A DNA stretch of 63,793 nt from Gnetum montanum (lineage: Eukaryota; Plantae; Gnetophyta), in NCBI GenBank assembly GCA_015680685.1, contig MNCI01000461.1:87668-151460 (forward strand), read 5' to 3'. Below, in pieces: positions 1 through 13,400 of the stretch (its first letter is position 1; each line of letters opens with the position of its first letter). The position numbers and the translations under genes were made by a program. Below the pieces are notes generated by a model, which saw only the letters and a program-made list of their open reading frames with translations, had not been told where the DNA came from and ran no database searches.

Positions 1-339
1 CTTGTGCGCACTAGGAAAGCAGTAAATAAACAACAATAAAACCACGTGCTGCAAGGTTTATCCAATCAAGTTCATCTTTATTGCCGTACACAACTTGGGT
101 TCAGGTTACAAGCTGCTCGAATAAAGAGCCGTTCACTCTAGGACTCCTACTGCGGGCACATGGGAAAAATTCTAACTTTGGAGTGATCAATCTGCCAGAG
201 CTTCGCTACTTCTAGCTAGGATTGGGAAATAAGGGGAGTGCCGCCTCTTATTTATAGATATGGTAGCGGACTGCGATATCGCGGTGGCCGTGATATCGCG
301 TACGCGATATCGTAGCGCAGTGCATGTCGCGTCTCATCA
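1..339 (-). mobile_element. Young, CpG-rich LTR (5' end; continues outside the window)
   Basis: The minus strand starts TGATGAGACG at 339, with a TATA box (CTATAAATA) at ~249-257. CpGs are intact, and the sequence switches abruptly to decayed Tat leader at 340. Confidence 0.7.
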
Positions 340-1374
340 ACCATTTTTATACTTCACCATTTTTCTACTAATGGTAGACTTAGTCATTTTTCTACAATTT
401 TCAGAGTTAGCTATTTTTTACAAACAACTCTCACAACTCGATCTATGAATATGAATCTAGATTGACCTTCCATGTCAATGTCTAACACATTTGACATCAT
501 GATCCACCCAAAGCATGCCACACTAAACCATGAACAATACAATTTTATTTTTTCCAAAATCGAAGTAGGATTACTAGTGGATTGCCTTGACTTTGAGGAA
601 AAATAGGACTATACACAAGTTCACTGAGAAGGAAAGGAGTAGACCCCTCCTTGTTCAACATAATTCCACTCATGGAGTCCTACCACCAGCTGTCATTCCA
701 ACTCATTTGTGTAAATGAGCATGATGTAGGGACAACCTATGAGGAAGCCTCACAGGAGGAAGAAGATGAGTTTAAGGCCTGCTCCAAACATGAGAGCCCT
801 CTCTACACTATCTTCCAACAACCACTCCCTAGTATGGCCCCTCCTTGGTTTGGTCCACTTGTCCTCTTTGAGATGGTGACCATGCCAATTCAACCTTCCT
901 TGCAAGTGAACACTACATTTGTCCAACCCTATGCTCATGTAGGGGCCATCTCATAGCCCTAGATGATTTAGGCATCCTACATCTTGCTTGTCTCATCAAC
1001 ATCCATGACATCTATCCAACTTGCTTGTGTGTGGCCCACGTCAGTTACTATGCCCATCCCTGAGCCAACACATCAAATAAACCTATCCACTATGACATTA
1101 AACTGGAAATGGTTTTCCACTACAGTGTTAAATTGACAAACTCTGCAACCAACAATCTGACCCCTATGCCATACAACCAATACAAGCCTAGCTAATGCAA
1201 TCAACTAGCACATCCCCAAGCTTGGATTAGGCATTTTAGCTGATCCAAATTTTTATGGAGGAGATAAACTAACTTAAAGCTACCTCTTATAAAATTATCA
1301 AGGTGGTGGAATTCTACCAAGAAGATCCCATATGTCCTGTGGTCCCATCCCTAACTCTCCCAATTGGGGTCTCG

Positions 1375-2350
1375 CTGCCTCAACTCACCAAGTACAATGG
1401 TGAAGGATATCCCAATGCACACTTGGTCACATTCTAATCCAAGTGCCTTTAAGCTTGGCCACATGCCATCATGTGCATGTTCCCCATGTCACTCGCTGGT
1501 AAGGCCTTAGATTGGTATCGCATGCTACCCAAGGCCTTAATCTCTTCTTTGAAGGATCTCATAAGCCAATTTGTGACACACTTCAGGTACAACCTAAAGC
1601 TTGAAGCAACCCTCGACTAGCTCATGTAGGTCAAGTAGGGATCCTTAGAGCCTATGCCAAAATTCCTCTAACGTTGGAACACTGCATTGAGTGACATGCG
1701 TGAACCCCTAGCAGAGGTGCACCTACTGGCCATCTTGAAGGGTGTAGTGAACTACTTCATCAAGTTCAAACTATATTACCTATCCCAAAAGTCTCTCAGC
1801 CAAGCCTTTGCCCAAACAAAGGAAATAAAGAAGGCAACACATGAAATCAACTTCTCGGCCTACGTGGCCTACAAAAACCAACATGCATGCAAGTAAGATG
1901 CAATAGTGGCAATAGTGGCGATAAGCAAAAAAGCAATCAAGTGGGGCTTGATAGCTAAGTAACCTAAGATCCTAGCTCAAAAAGCTACAAACTTTGGCAC
2001 CACCTCACCTACATTGGTAGGGGCTACCCAAAGGTCCAACTTTGAGTGCAAGGATCACTCAAAGAATATATCGCTACTAATGGAACCCTCTAAACTATTG
2101 GAGTGACTCTTGAAAGCTAGGCGAATCTAATACAAACATGTATAAGAGATTGCCTATCAAAAACATGATAGATACTATGAACTATTAAGGAACCCCACCT
2201 CAGCAATACCAAACAAGGCCCCAGTCCCACAACACTTCAAGTTGAACCAATACTGTCATTACCACTAGACATCTAGTCATAGTATGGACAACTATCATGC
2301 TTTATAGAATGACTTGCAAAGAATGATAGAATAGGGCCAACTATTGTTCA
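1375..2350 (+). pseudogene. gag: Retrotransposon Gag remnant with His-type zinc knuckle
   Basis: Translates KYNGEGYPNAHL...MFPMSLAGKALDWY...LISQFVTHF, then YCHYH*TSSHSMDNYHAL*NDLQRMIE; many stops. Confidence 0.85.
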
Positions 2351-3249
2351 ATGTAGTGAGCCAATCCAACACATATGATGCCCCCTACGTCATAAAATCC
2401 ATCAGCATAGGTGGCAAGTCTAAACCTACACAAAAACCTTTTCTGATCCATGTGCCTCTTAGCAAGGCAAGGATCCCCTCGGCCTCCACATGCAAGAGGT
2501 CCCCTGTTGTTATCAAAGTGCCACCTTGGGCACCCACAACATCCTTTGTGATCAAGGTCTCACAAAAATTATCCACTAAGACATTAAACTGACAACTAAA
2601 CCAACCGTTTGCTAAGATGTTAAACTAGCATGATGTACCAATAACAACCACTAAGCAACCTTTTGTCATCAAGATGCCACAATGATTTGGCCATGCAACA
2701 ACTCCTAAACTACCATTTTTCATAAGGGTGCCACAACATGATGGCCCTTCACCTACCTGAAGCCTGATAGTGGGCAACATCTTGGTCTTTCCTCCTTCAA
2801 GGACTGATCCCACTAGCAACCTGGGTAGGCCTACAAAATGGCAATGTAAGAGGATGAACGAGCACCTCACAACCTCCATGACCAAAGAAAAGGCCATAAC
2901 CAGCAAGCAACAACTGAGCACTAGGATCCCTACCCACAAGCAGGCCAAACAACCCTAGCCCAAGTCCCCTCTATGAGAGATCCATCTCTCAAGCTGCATG
3001 GAGGTAGTCAAGGCCAATATAACGACCAATGACAAGGACTTCGTAGCTGCACTAACCTAGGTGAAATAGTTGCTCAAGCAAAAGAACATAATGTTGAGCT
3101 TGTATGACTTGGTTATGATCTCATTTTCCCACCACCAAGCGTTGGCCCAGATGTTGGCCTCCATTCCTATTATGGAGGACATCACTATAGATGAGAAGAC
3201 CATTCGTGCAATGATGTTGCGTCTTGCAGCATAGGAATTAGGTTCAACA

Positions 3250-3720
3250 TCCTTAGCATTTCAAAATGTAGTCAAGGTCAACCCCAAAAAAGGGGAGGTC
3301 ACTACAACTCCACTATCCATTAGCATATGTGTTGGGTAGTGCATGACCCAAAGAGTGCATGTTGATGATAGTGCAGCAACAAACATAATCTTGTACTCTA
3401 TCATTAATAAGCTATGCATGGTAGATGAAATTAGGATAACCAAAATCATGTGTCTAAAATCCTTCAATGGATCACATGTCACCATTAGGGGTATAATCAA
3501 CTTAGCCTTCATGGTAGGGGAGTAGTTCCCCACAAGTGTAGATTTCATTATCATACAAGAGATGCCAAGATTTAACCTAATCCTGGGTAGGCCTTGGCTA
3601 GCTCAAATATGGGTTGTCTCCTCTCCCATCCACCAAGAAGTCCACCTTCCATATGAATATGGTCAAGTTATCATTCATGGTGATAATGCCTCCTCTCTAG
3701 CTATCCATAACATAGACATG
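3250..3720 (+). pseudogene. Retropepsin-like aspartic protease remnant
   Basis: RVHVDDSAATNII (degenerate D-x-G/S active site) and FNLILGRPWL motifs. Confidence 0.85.
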
Positions 3721-4139
3721 GAGCAAGTGTTGGAGGTGGAGTTTCTTGGTGATGCATCCATGACAACCAACGTAACATATATGGCTAACACACTTGAATG
3801 AGTTGTTGAAGCCAACAGCCTCCTAGAGGATCCTAGGCCCTATGCATCCCCTAATCCAAACCAAATTAGAAAACAATTGCCTGATCAAGGCACTCCCTTA
3901 GCTGAAAATGCACTAGGCACCTGCCTACCCGTTGCCTTCACTTGCCATGCATTTTTGACTTTCATTTGCATCACACTAGCCTATGCATACATTTTTCCTG
4001 GTCACTTAGATCATGTATTTCATTTTTTTCAGGCATTTTTTGCTTTTTTATGCATTCATTGATTTAGCTTCCACATTGCATTTGAAAAACATCAAAAGCA
4101 CATAAAAATCATGAAATTAAAACTACAAAAAACACATGG

Positions 4140-4250
4140 CCCAAAAGGGCCTTAAACTAGCCCACAACTTAGAATGACTTTAAACTAGCAACCTATGGCC
4201 TGCCATGGTGTTAAATTAGCAATGTACAGCCCAAAATGGCCTTAAACCAT
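4140..4250 (+). repeat. Short tandem array (GGCCTTAAACTAGC core)
   Basis: About 4 units, homologous to the array at 50410-50870. Confidence 0.7.
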
Positions 4251-4254
4251 CAAC

Positions 4255-5490
4255 CCCTTTGTGCAATCATGCTTTGGGGTGAAGGAGTGGATGTGTGTAG
4301 GCTATAATGGGATGAGGGGGATGTGCACTCTTGAGTGGCTTAACTATGCTAGCTACGCTCTAGAGCATAGCAAGGGCAATGGGAGTGTAGCATAACACTT
4401 AGAAAAATTTCTATAGTTTGTGTCATCATTTTGACACTTAGCCAAAATTGCAGAAAATTGGCCACTAAAGCTGACTATGCTCTACTGCAGTGGGGAGCAT
4501 GGTCTTAGCACTTAAAAAAATTTACAAAAAGTGCCATCATTTTGATAGTTAGAAAAATTTTACAAATCTGGTAGTTGGAGCTAACTACACTCCCCATTAG
4601 GCTGACTATGGTCAAGTGTAGTAGATAACATAGTCCCAGCACTTAGAAAAATTTGTGAAAAGTGTAATCATTTTGACACTTAGCCAAATTTGTAGTTGAG
4701 AAGCAATAGTCCAAATTTTTGTGGTATTTCATTGGTCCCTCTTTGTTGACATCTAGAGGAGTGGCCTAAGAGATTTCAATAAAAAATCACAAAACACCAT
4801 AGTAGATGTGGTACCAACATTACTCGTTAATACTAGATTAGGTGTCATTCCACCATGTTGAAGAGTGTTGTGGATAAGGGTATGCTAGGTTAAAGTGTGT
4901 AAGCAATGTGCTAGGGAGATGAAATACAAGTAGAGGAAATGAAATGAAAACAATGTATCATGATGTAAGATGCAAAGTTAGCATGATTGATAGTGACCAT
5001 GGCATGAAGTGACTTGCCCTTGAAATGTTGACCTCTTGTTGGAGTGCTCATGAGAAAGTCAGAGTCAATTCAAGGTTGGGATAGTTGCAAAATTACAGCA
5101 TTGTCAATTTGCTTAGGGATCTACTTTTTTTTGTTCTCTTTTTCTTCTTCATTTTTTGCTTTTTTTTTCTTTACTTTTTGCTTTTTCTTCTTTGCTTTGC
5201 TGTAAGGAAAAACTCCATTAGGTTTAGCTTACTACTGAATGCTAGCTACAAGGTGTGGGCCATCAAGTAGATGGGCTTTGCTTTGATGCAACTGTGTTGC
5301 ATTTGTAGGATAGGTGTTTCCTTTCCAGGATGAGTTATGTTACATTCTCTTGGACCTTAACTAACCAATAGAGGCTCTCCATGGGATAAGTTATGTTATG
5401 TCTACCATGGGTTTTATGATTGACATGAGGAGAATGCCATATGTGTCATAGTGCATATGCATCAAAGGGATGTGCAATCATGAGTATGCG
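4255..5490 (-). other. Inverted segment of element A (3' UTR + PPT + first ~390 bp of the 3' LTR)
   Basis: The reverse complement matches 58090-58960, including AAAGAGGGACCAA|TGAAATACCAC (LTR start at 4731). Confidence 0.8.
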
Positions 5491-5519
5491 AGGGATGCTG
5501 GAGCATACTCATGGAACCT

Positions 5520-6560
5520 AGAGCATAGCAAACTGTTGGCTATGCTCTAGAGCATAGCTAGCATAGCTAGCACGGAACACCAATTTTGAAAAAAAATTTC
5601 TAACTATTGGGACTATGGTCTAGAGCATAGTGAGTGTAGTAAGGGGTTGAGTGTAGCAAGGGATGAGCATAGCCAGTGTAGCAACTAGAGTTAGAAAATT
5701 TTTTGAACTTTTTCTAGTCATCTTTGGACTTAGAAAATTTTTAAGTTTTTCTCATAGTCCCAACTATTGAACTGCCACATGGCACTTGATCTGCATTTTG
5801 GGCTAACCTTAGCCCTATAAATATCCCTAGATCCCCAACCTTTTAGAGGTCATCAGTTGGTACTTTCATTTGGAATTTGACATTTTGGCATCTTGACACT
5901 TAGCTCCATGGATGAATGAGACCTAGAACACACCACATCAGTAGAGAGGCATCCCTACGCCACATAGTACATTACAATGACCAACTTGGCAGGCATGGTT
6001 CATCATGGTGAGAGCCAGATTTCACATCTTGACACCACCAAGACTATGACTACGCTCCCACTATGCTTGTTGTACACTATGTACCTTCTAAGACCCTTTT
6101 AGAGGTAACTACGCTCCCATTTGGGGTAGTGTTCCATTTCTCTCTCCCATTTCTAGCATATTCTTGCATTTTTCTTATGGTGTTTTGCATTTTTTCATAT
6201 GTCATCACATTGTACTATGCTCAGGTAGTAGTCTCCATGGGTTGAGACACTCATTTCGATTGAAACCCTTGGCTATGCTTACCCTCATTTTGTAGCTACA
6301 CTTTACACTTAGCATTGTGAAACACAACTTTGGCACTTAGCACCATTTCATGTATTTTGCATTTGCATTTTGGCTAACCATGCCACCCCTAGTTGGACCC
6401 AATACCCCAATTGTAGTCGGCAAAGTCCCTGTTCGATTGACAAAACCATCTAAGGCACTTTGCCTCCATTTTTTAGTAAGGCCCTTGAGTGGAGGAGAGG
6501 TTAGGCTATGCACTTGTGAACCCCATGGTGTTCCAACTGTCAACATTTTCATTTGTTACA
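5520..6560 (+). repeat. Remaining forward part of the 3' LTR of element A
   Basis: Aligns with 61540-62789; CCCTATAAATA at ~5813; CA terminus. Confidence 0.85.
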
Positions 6561-7341
6561 ATTAGAAAAGTAGAATGAGTTATGACACTTGGATGTACAA
6601 TCCAATAACTTTTTGATTCCATCCTTAAGTAGACTCTTGTAGTTTTTTTTCATAGTTTTAGTGATAGAGTGAATGTCCATAATGTGGTGTTGAGTAGTTG
6701 TACAAAATCTTTATTGGAGTAAAGTGTACTTAAACATAGTTCATGTTTGGAAATGAAGATCAAGATTGCTTTTCAGCATTGCAGCATCCACTTAGTTTTA
6801 CTATTTTACTTAGCATAGTTTTTACTATTTTCTTAGTTTAATCATTTACATTTTAAGTACTTTATTTTACATGTATTTAGTAAAGTGGAATGAGTACGAA
6901 TAGTTTCGAGCAATAAATTATAATCATTTGGTGATCCAATAGTGGTTTCACTTGATTCACTTAGTAGTGAACTTACTTGGTAATCCTAGTAACAGTTACA
7001 TGAGCCCAAGACGTATACGACAAGATAGAACTGGATGCTCATCACTATAGGCTATAGTAGATTTACATTATCTTCATTACTTAGATTTTGATTTTTATTC
7101 TCAACTTTCTTCATGTTCACAACTAGGAGTATTAAAGGTCTAACAACATCAACTAATCATACACCTCACTAAGAGCTAAACCATACACTTAGAATTTACT
7201 AGCTTGAAGTGATAAGACAACGATTATGAACTTAATATCAATTAATAGCATAATTACATTGTCCATTTGTGGATTATGATCTAGTCACATGTGAGCACTC
7301 GTACTTGTATGGTAGAGTGTTGGATACTCTACCGCTCATCA
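6561..7341 (+). repeat. 3' portion of an Athila-like LTR
   Basis: Ends GCTCATCA. Patchy similarity to 13900-14598. No PBS follows. Confidence 0.55.
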
Positions 7342-7344
7342 CTA

Positions 7345-8620
7345 TTGAAGTTTAGAATCCCAAAGATCCCATTTGGTATGATAAAATCCTCTCCTATCTA
7401 CTAACTTAGGAGAAACAAATAGAATGGAATAGTATGAAGAAAAAATAGTTTCTTTGCCAAGCCAAACACCAAATGGAAATTTAAGGTAACCTTTACAAGG
7501 TTCATGCTGATGGCTTAGTACGATAGTGTGTACCTAAGATTGATCAGTTATAAATCCTCCAAGATGCTTATGAGGGCCCTTGTAGGGGCCATTGTGTTGG
7601 AAGGAGGACAACCGTTAAAATATTCATGGTAGGATATTACTAGCCAATGATCTTTAGGTTTACCCATCAATTCTTCTATTTATGTGAAATATGCCAAATA
7701 GATGGAGGGATGGTGACATAGATGGAAGATCCCCAAAAATGGATTCAACCATTAGAGCCTTTTCATATTTGGGGCATTGATTTCATGAGGTTCATTAACC
7801 CCATGTTTAATGGAAAGATGTACACCATCATAGCACTTGACTACTACAAAAAATGGGTTGAAGTTGCCACTATCATTAACTATTCATCTTCTACGGTAGC
7901 ATGGTTTGTACATCAAAATGTGATAAATAGGTTTGGTGTGCCAAGGACACTTATTTTGATAATGGAATACATTTTATAGATGCAACTTTTCAAAAATTTA
8001 TGCAAATTTTGGGGGTGGAACATAAACTAATACCTCCACACATCCTCAAGCTAATGGTTAAGTTGAAGTCATGAATAGGAAGATAACTAGGATACTAACA
8101 TGTATTGTTAATAAATATCAAAAAGATTGGACACAAAACTTAATCATGTTCTTTGGGCTTATCAATAAACTTGGAAACTTTCTATTGGTTATTTCCCTTA
8201 TGAGTTAGTGTATAGAAAAATACTAACTCTTCTAATCCAAGCAAAGCTTGGTACAATTTTAATAGATTATGAACTTAACCTTAATTTGAGTTAGTACAAA
8301 GAGAACATTTAATGACATTAAATGTGCTAGACAAAAATTGATTAGTAGTCTTATTCATGAATGAGGTACACAAGGCACACATCAAACAACATCATAACTT
8401 AAGGATATGAAAAGTTAAGTTCCAACATGGAGATAAGGTTCTTTACCAGAACCTCATGCATATACCACAACAAAAAAAATTTAGATGCTATGGGAAGAAC
8501 ATTATACTATTTAGGAAACTTTTCAATTTGGGGTCATGATAATTTACCATCCTTCTAGCCCTAAGAAATGATTACTAGTCAACATTCAACAAGTGAAATT
8601 ATTTTCTCAAACCAGGGATA
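7345..8620 (+). pseudogene. Ty3/gypsy integrase remnant (H2C2 zinc finger + rve core)
   Basis: GPCRGH...GYY*P...CEICQ, then EPFHIWGIDFM...DYYKKWVE, NRFGVP and HPQANG*VE. Confidence 0.92.
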
Positions 8621-10699
8621 ACTAGTGGCATGGACATCTTAACTGATGGGCAAGCATGTTCTATCTTTTGGGTCTCCTCCCTCCAACTTAGTCATGGGGG
8701 AGATGGACATCCATGTTAAGACTCTGTGATAGCTACTTATTTTTTCAAATTTTTTATTTTACACCATTTTTTATACATTTTTTTATTTTCTTGAATACTT
8801 TGCAACTTATTTTATATATTTTCCCTTATTTATTTTCCTTTACATGTTGTTTTCTTCTTTGTTGTTCATTAGGAATCTTGTGTTTTTGCCACAACAAGTA
8901 CTATTGGAAATTCATTTCACACTGTATTTCATGTTTGGATTGATTGTTCAATGACTAGATTTCATTTTTTGGCTTATGCCATTGACTAATGAAGCATTAA
9001 TTTTTTGATGGTATCAGGAAATGAGTCCACATCATCCACTCATTCCACTCAATTATTTGGGATTTTTTAATCTTGAAAGAATGAGGTCCTTTAATAATTG
9101 AAACTTAAAAAGAATCAATGATCTTGATACTTAACAGACTTGGAACAGACCAGGTGGAATGAACAAGGGTGTGGCTTCAAGGAGATTTATCACCTTCTAT
9201 ACCCAACTAGCTTCTTGAGTTGTATGGCTATTCTCATTGGTCTCTCATTGCTCCTACTATTGACAAGGGTATGGTTATCATTTAAGAAAAAAGAAAAAAA
9301 CAAACAAACATGGGAATTCAAAGAACACCCCTTAGACACAATAACGGGCTACAAGCACTAGTTATGGGGTTAGAAAGACATGTTACCCATGCCTAAAGCC
9401 ACCCCTCTAAATAAGTCCCTTCCTATGTTTCTACTTCTCTTTTCTTCTCTACTTGGAGTGATTGTTGACTTGTGGGAGTGGCCATGAGCTCTTGTGGGTC
9501 AAACGGTCTAAATATGATAATGCAAAGTCACTGAAAGTGGATGGACTTGGTTCTAGCTAAGGCTGGGATAATATCTAGTCATCTTAACCATACACTTCAC
9601 AAGGACTTATGCAATTAGGATGCAATACTCCATTTTCATTCTCTCTCTTCCATCACTTAAACCTTGTCATTAACCACCTCACTACCTTCTATCATGGTCA
9701 ATTAATGTATCTATTTTGGTATGTCATAATCCTTTGATAAAATCTTGCATGAATTTAATTTTTGACTACTAATGATCATTCATCATCCTTGGTGCCTATG
9801 GACTCTTTAGTATGAAGGCATGCAAGGGTATTAATGGCACAAACCTACTTTGGGAAGGATCCACTTGCATATCCCTTGGTCCTGTTTAGTTAAACTTCTT
9901 ATCCCTTGGTCATTTTGCAATTGATTCCATCATTTCACCATGTAAACATCTAGTTTTGTAGCACCTCAGCATATTTGTTTTACTCCACATCTCCTTTACG
10001 CAGCAAATCTCATACCCTCTTCCATGTTTTGGCAACCTTCTAGGCTTTTCTGGCTTCTTTTGGGCTCTCATTTCATCCTCAAACTCTTACAAAATACTTA
10101 GTCTTTTAATTGTGAAATTTACTTTAAATAGCTACATTGACACATTCTTATCAATGTAGCTCAATGTGTCAATGCATCCTCATCTACATAGCACAAAAAT
10201 AGTATAATTACCTGTGAAACTTAGTAATTTTTCATCATTTGCCTTCAATCAAAATAGGAGTTTTTGCCATTTCTAAAGCTTAAATACCTTCCAAGAACCT
10301 TAACTTGCAAATCGTTCACCCTATTCACCTTGTTTTTTTTTTGATCCCTTAGCTAAGAGGAAAGCTTTACATTATGGGAACCAAAAACCTTTGGCTTATG
10401 ATAGAAATTTTTTTGAAATTTTTCTCTTGCCAAGGTTTAACCATTAAAATAATATTAAATTCCTAGTCCAAATTAGGTTAAACCTCAAAAATAAACTTTG
10501 GTAGCTAATGAAAAAAAAATAAAAGATAATGAACTTACCAAGATCACAAACAAGCCTAAGTGTAACCTAACCCAATAGGAAAGGTATAAAAAAGGAACGA
10601 AGGGTTATACACTAAAACACTAATCCATGGTTACATTTGTGATTGCATATCAAAGAGAGGATTACCAGTAGGAGGACCTTCCCAAAAAAGGGAGAAGTG

Positions 10700-13400
10700 T
10701 CCATGAGGAGGAAGGGATTAGCAATAACAATAGAAGCTCCAAGAATAAGAGGTTAAAGCAACCATGCAGCAGGACCTCTTCAGGAGAAGCTTGAAGTGGA
10801 ATTTGTTTAATAGATTCCCATTACTAAAATCAACAAATCTAGGTATGATGAGGCTCAAAAGCTAAGGCCCAACTTAGAGGTAACATTGACCAAGACCTAT
10901 CTAGAGAAGATCCAAGCCAAAAAGGTTTAGAGTTTGATTCTTCAAGAACTAAACTTTGGATCCTTCTTAGCGTTGATGCCCAAGGAAGTTTGCACACAAC
11001 TACAGGGGCATCCTATGTGATCCATTCTTTTCTCTAGTGGAGAATGATACATGGGGGAGACCTACCTATTCTAAAATAATCGATAGGGAGATGCATTAGT
11101 TAAAATTAAGGATATCTCGATCTCCTTCTTAGTTAAGGTAGTTGTAGAGGGCCTTAGTTTGGCTAATATTGAGAAAAAATTGGAAGAGATATTGATCTAG
11201 ATAGATCTAGAAGTCAAGAAAGAGTGGATTTAGTGCTACTATGGGGTGGACCATAAGGAGTATGGTGCACTCACAAAGGTAGAGCTTAGTTACTTCCAAA
11301 TTATGGCCTATCATTCGAACCCCTTAGTGAGGCTAAGCAAGGTCATAGCTTTCTCTACCCATGTGTGTGCCACTCTAAGTAGTAAGTTCATACTCAACCT
11401 TTCATAGCTTATTTATTTGGCAATGGAAAAGTGGTTTAAAGAAAATGAAAGAGGAAGGAGGACACTTTCCTTTTCATGCCTTATCAAAAAACTTTGCAAA
11501 AAGGGAGGCATAGCATGCTATGCCAATGATGCAATTCATCATGATCCTGTTGCATCCTTACAGGAAATGATGAAGGATAAGACAACATCAAAGTTGTAGG
11601 AAGAGGAGAGGCCACCACCACAACCTACAGGAGAAACCATACTAGAGGTGCTTGTAGCTATGGAAAGGCTCTAGAAACTTGATGTATAGAAATTGCAACA
11701 ATAATAGGGTTTAGCAAGTGGTGGGGAACCATCAGTTTATCATCCAAAACTAAGCCATCTAAATGAAGTTACAAGGACTATCAGTTTGTTGATGATAAGA
11801 ATCCCATTGTACTCCACATAGAGAAATTAAGTGCTTGTTAGAACACATCCTAGCATCTGAGAAGCTATAATGTCCATCCCAGAAGAGGAGTTCCTTGAAA
11901 TTTTTGGCAACACTACAACTTTCTTGGTGCACTTTGAAAAAGTTGAGAGGGCAATTGTGCTAGTGATGTAGCACTAAGGACAAGAAACAATGGTAGAGGT
12001 GATGGTTGATAGGGTAGTAGAGTTCCTTAATGCTCCTACGACATCTATCCTAGATGTTATCATAATGAAGGATATTCAAACATTCACAAGAGTAGGAAGT
12101 GGTCAACTAAGCACTACCCAAGATGAAGTAGTGTTGGAATAATTGGTGGGAAAAAAACAATAACTTGTAGAGATTTTTGATCTTCTAGATGAAATTACTA
12201 TAACCTAATCATAGTTTCTAGAGATGAAGGGTAACCTCATTGCCAAGACCCAAATAGAGGTAGCCACCACTAAAAACCAATGGTGGGCTATTGAAGTTGT
12301 AGAGTTATGAGCTTTTCTATTTAACCCCATCATTCTCAACCTAGACCTTACATGAGATGAAGGTTTTCAATAGATTAAATACAAAATTAGAGAGGTTGAA
12401 AATTCAAAGGATGCAATGGTCTTTGACATGTTCTTATCAGAAGCCATGGCCTTCAACATTGACAAGGACTTATTGTAAGTCAATAAGGAGAACTTGGTCC
12501 TTACCAAGATTATCCATTACCTATGCGATGTCAAACAATAGACTGACCAAATGGTTGAATTTTTTTGACAACAATAGAAGTAGCTAGCTAGGATGAACCT
12601 TGATCTGAGAAGGTTGGCAATAGAAAACATGAATCTCTTGATGGAGGAAGTTTGAACACTTCTCCAAAAAATGACCATCAAGGTAGCCACTTAGAAAAAT
12701 GAGGCCCTAAAATTTGCATTAGTTAAGAATTATTATAGGGACTAGGTCCAGCTCCTCAAGGAAGTAATGAAAAAAAGATACAATTGGCCATGGTGAAGAT
12801 GAACAAGGCTTTCCAGTAGCTCTAATAAAGAGGTGATGTATGGCACCCAATCTTTGATGGCTTAAATGCATATAACAAGGCAAAAATCCACCTATAGGAG
12901 TTGCAAATTGAGAAGATAATGGAACACATGGATCTTACCAACCTATGTTATGCAAACTTGGCTATGATGATAACAAGGAGATTTAGGATTGGGTTAGAAA
13001 GCAAGTTGCTAGTTCCTACCTCTTATACAAGGTAGAATTCAAGCACCACAAGGAAACCAAGCAATAGATGGAGATAGCCAACATAGATCTTGAAGTTATC
13101 AAAAGCAAATTCTCTTACCAATGATATATTATAGAGAACCTAGGTAGGAAAATGAATGACTACCATGAGTTGAAAAACTTAGTAAAGACGTTTGACATGA
13201 AATGTAAACAATTAGTAGTGTGGTTTGTCCATGCAAAAGAGATGTTCCCTGTAATGATGTGCCCATGGCATATACCTATGCTAGCCCACATTGGTGAAGC
13301 TACATGGACTACATACAATTCCCATGGCAAGGAAGAAAAGATGAAGGCATTGCTAGATTATTTTTAGCCTTTCACAAGTAGTAGCAAAAGTAGCAAGAGA
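10700..13400 (+). pseudogene. Athila-like ORF2 remnant (putative plant transposon protein/Transposase_32-like region + coiled coil)
   Basis: LSFSCLIKKLCKKGGI resembles the family's LPFPxLITxLC motif. It lies between INT and the 3' LTR and has an E/K/L-rich decayed C-terminus. Confidence 0.6.

Larger units (their letters stand above)
340..6560 (+). mobile_element. Ty3/gypsy Tat-like element A, non-autonomous (gag + protease, no RT/RH/INT), 5' end interrupted
   Basis: 340-940 aligns by eye with 63200-63793. Gag and protease remnants are present. The 3' LTR ends ...TTGTTACA at 6560 and is homologous to 61264-62789. Confidence 0.85.

Noticed and set aside
5085-5270. Hydrophobic Phe-rich or Lys-rich ORFs (also 8713, 40446, 63066)
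   Set aside because: Translations of T- or A-rich noncoding tracts.
5845-5860. Hammerhead ribozyme core (CTGATGA on the minus strand; retrozyme)
   Set aside because: No supporting stems or GAAA box, and it is not conserved in the other LTR copies.
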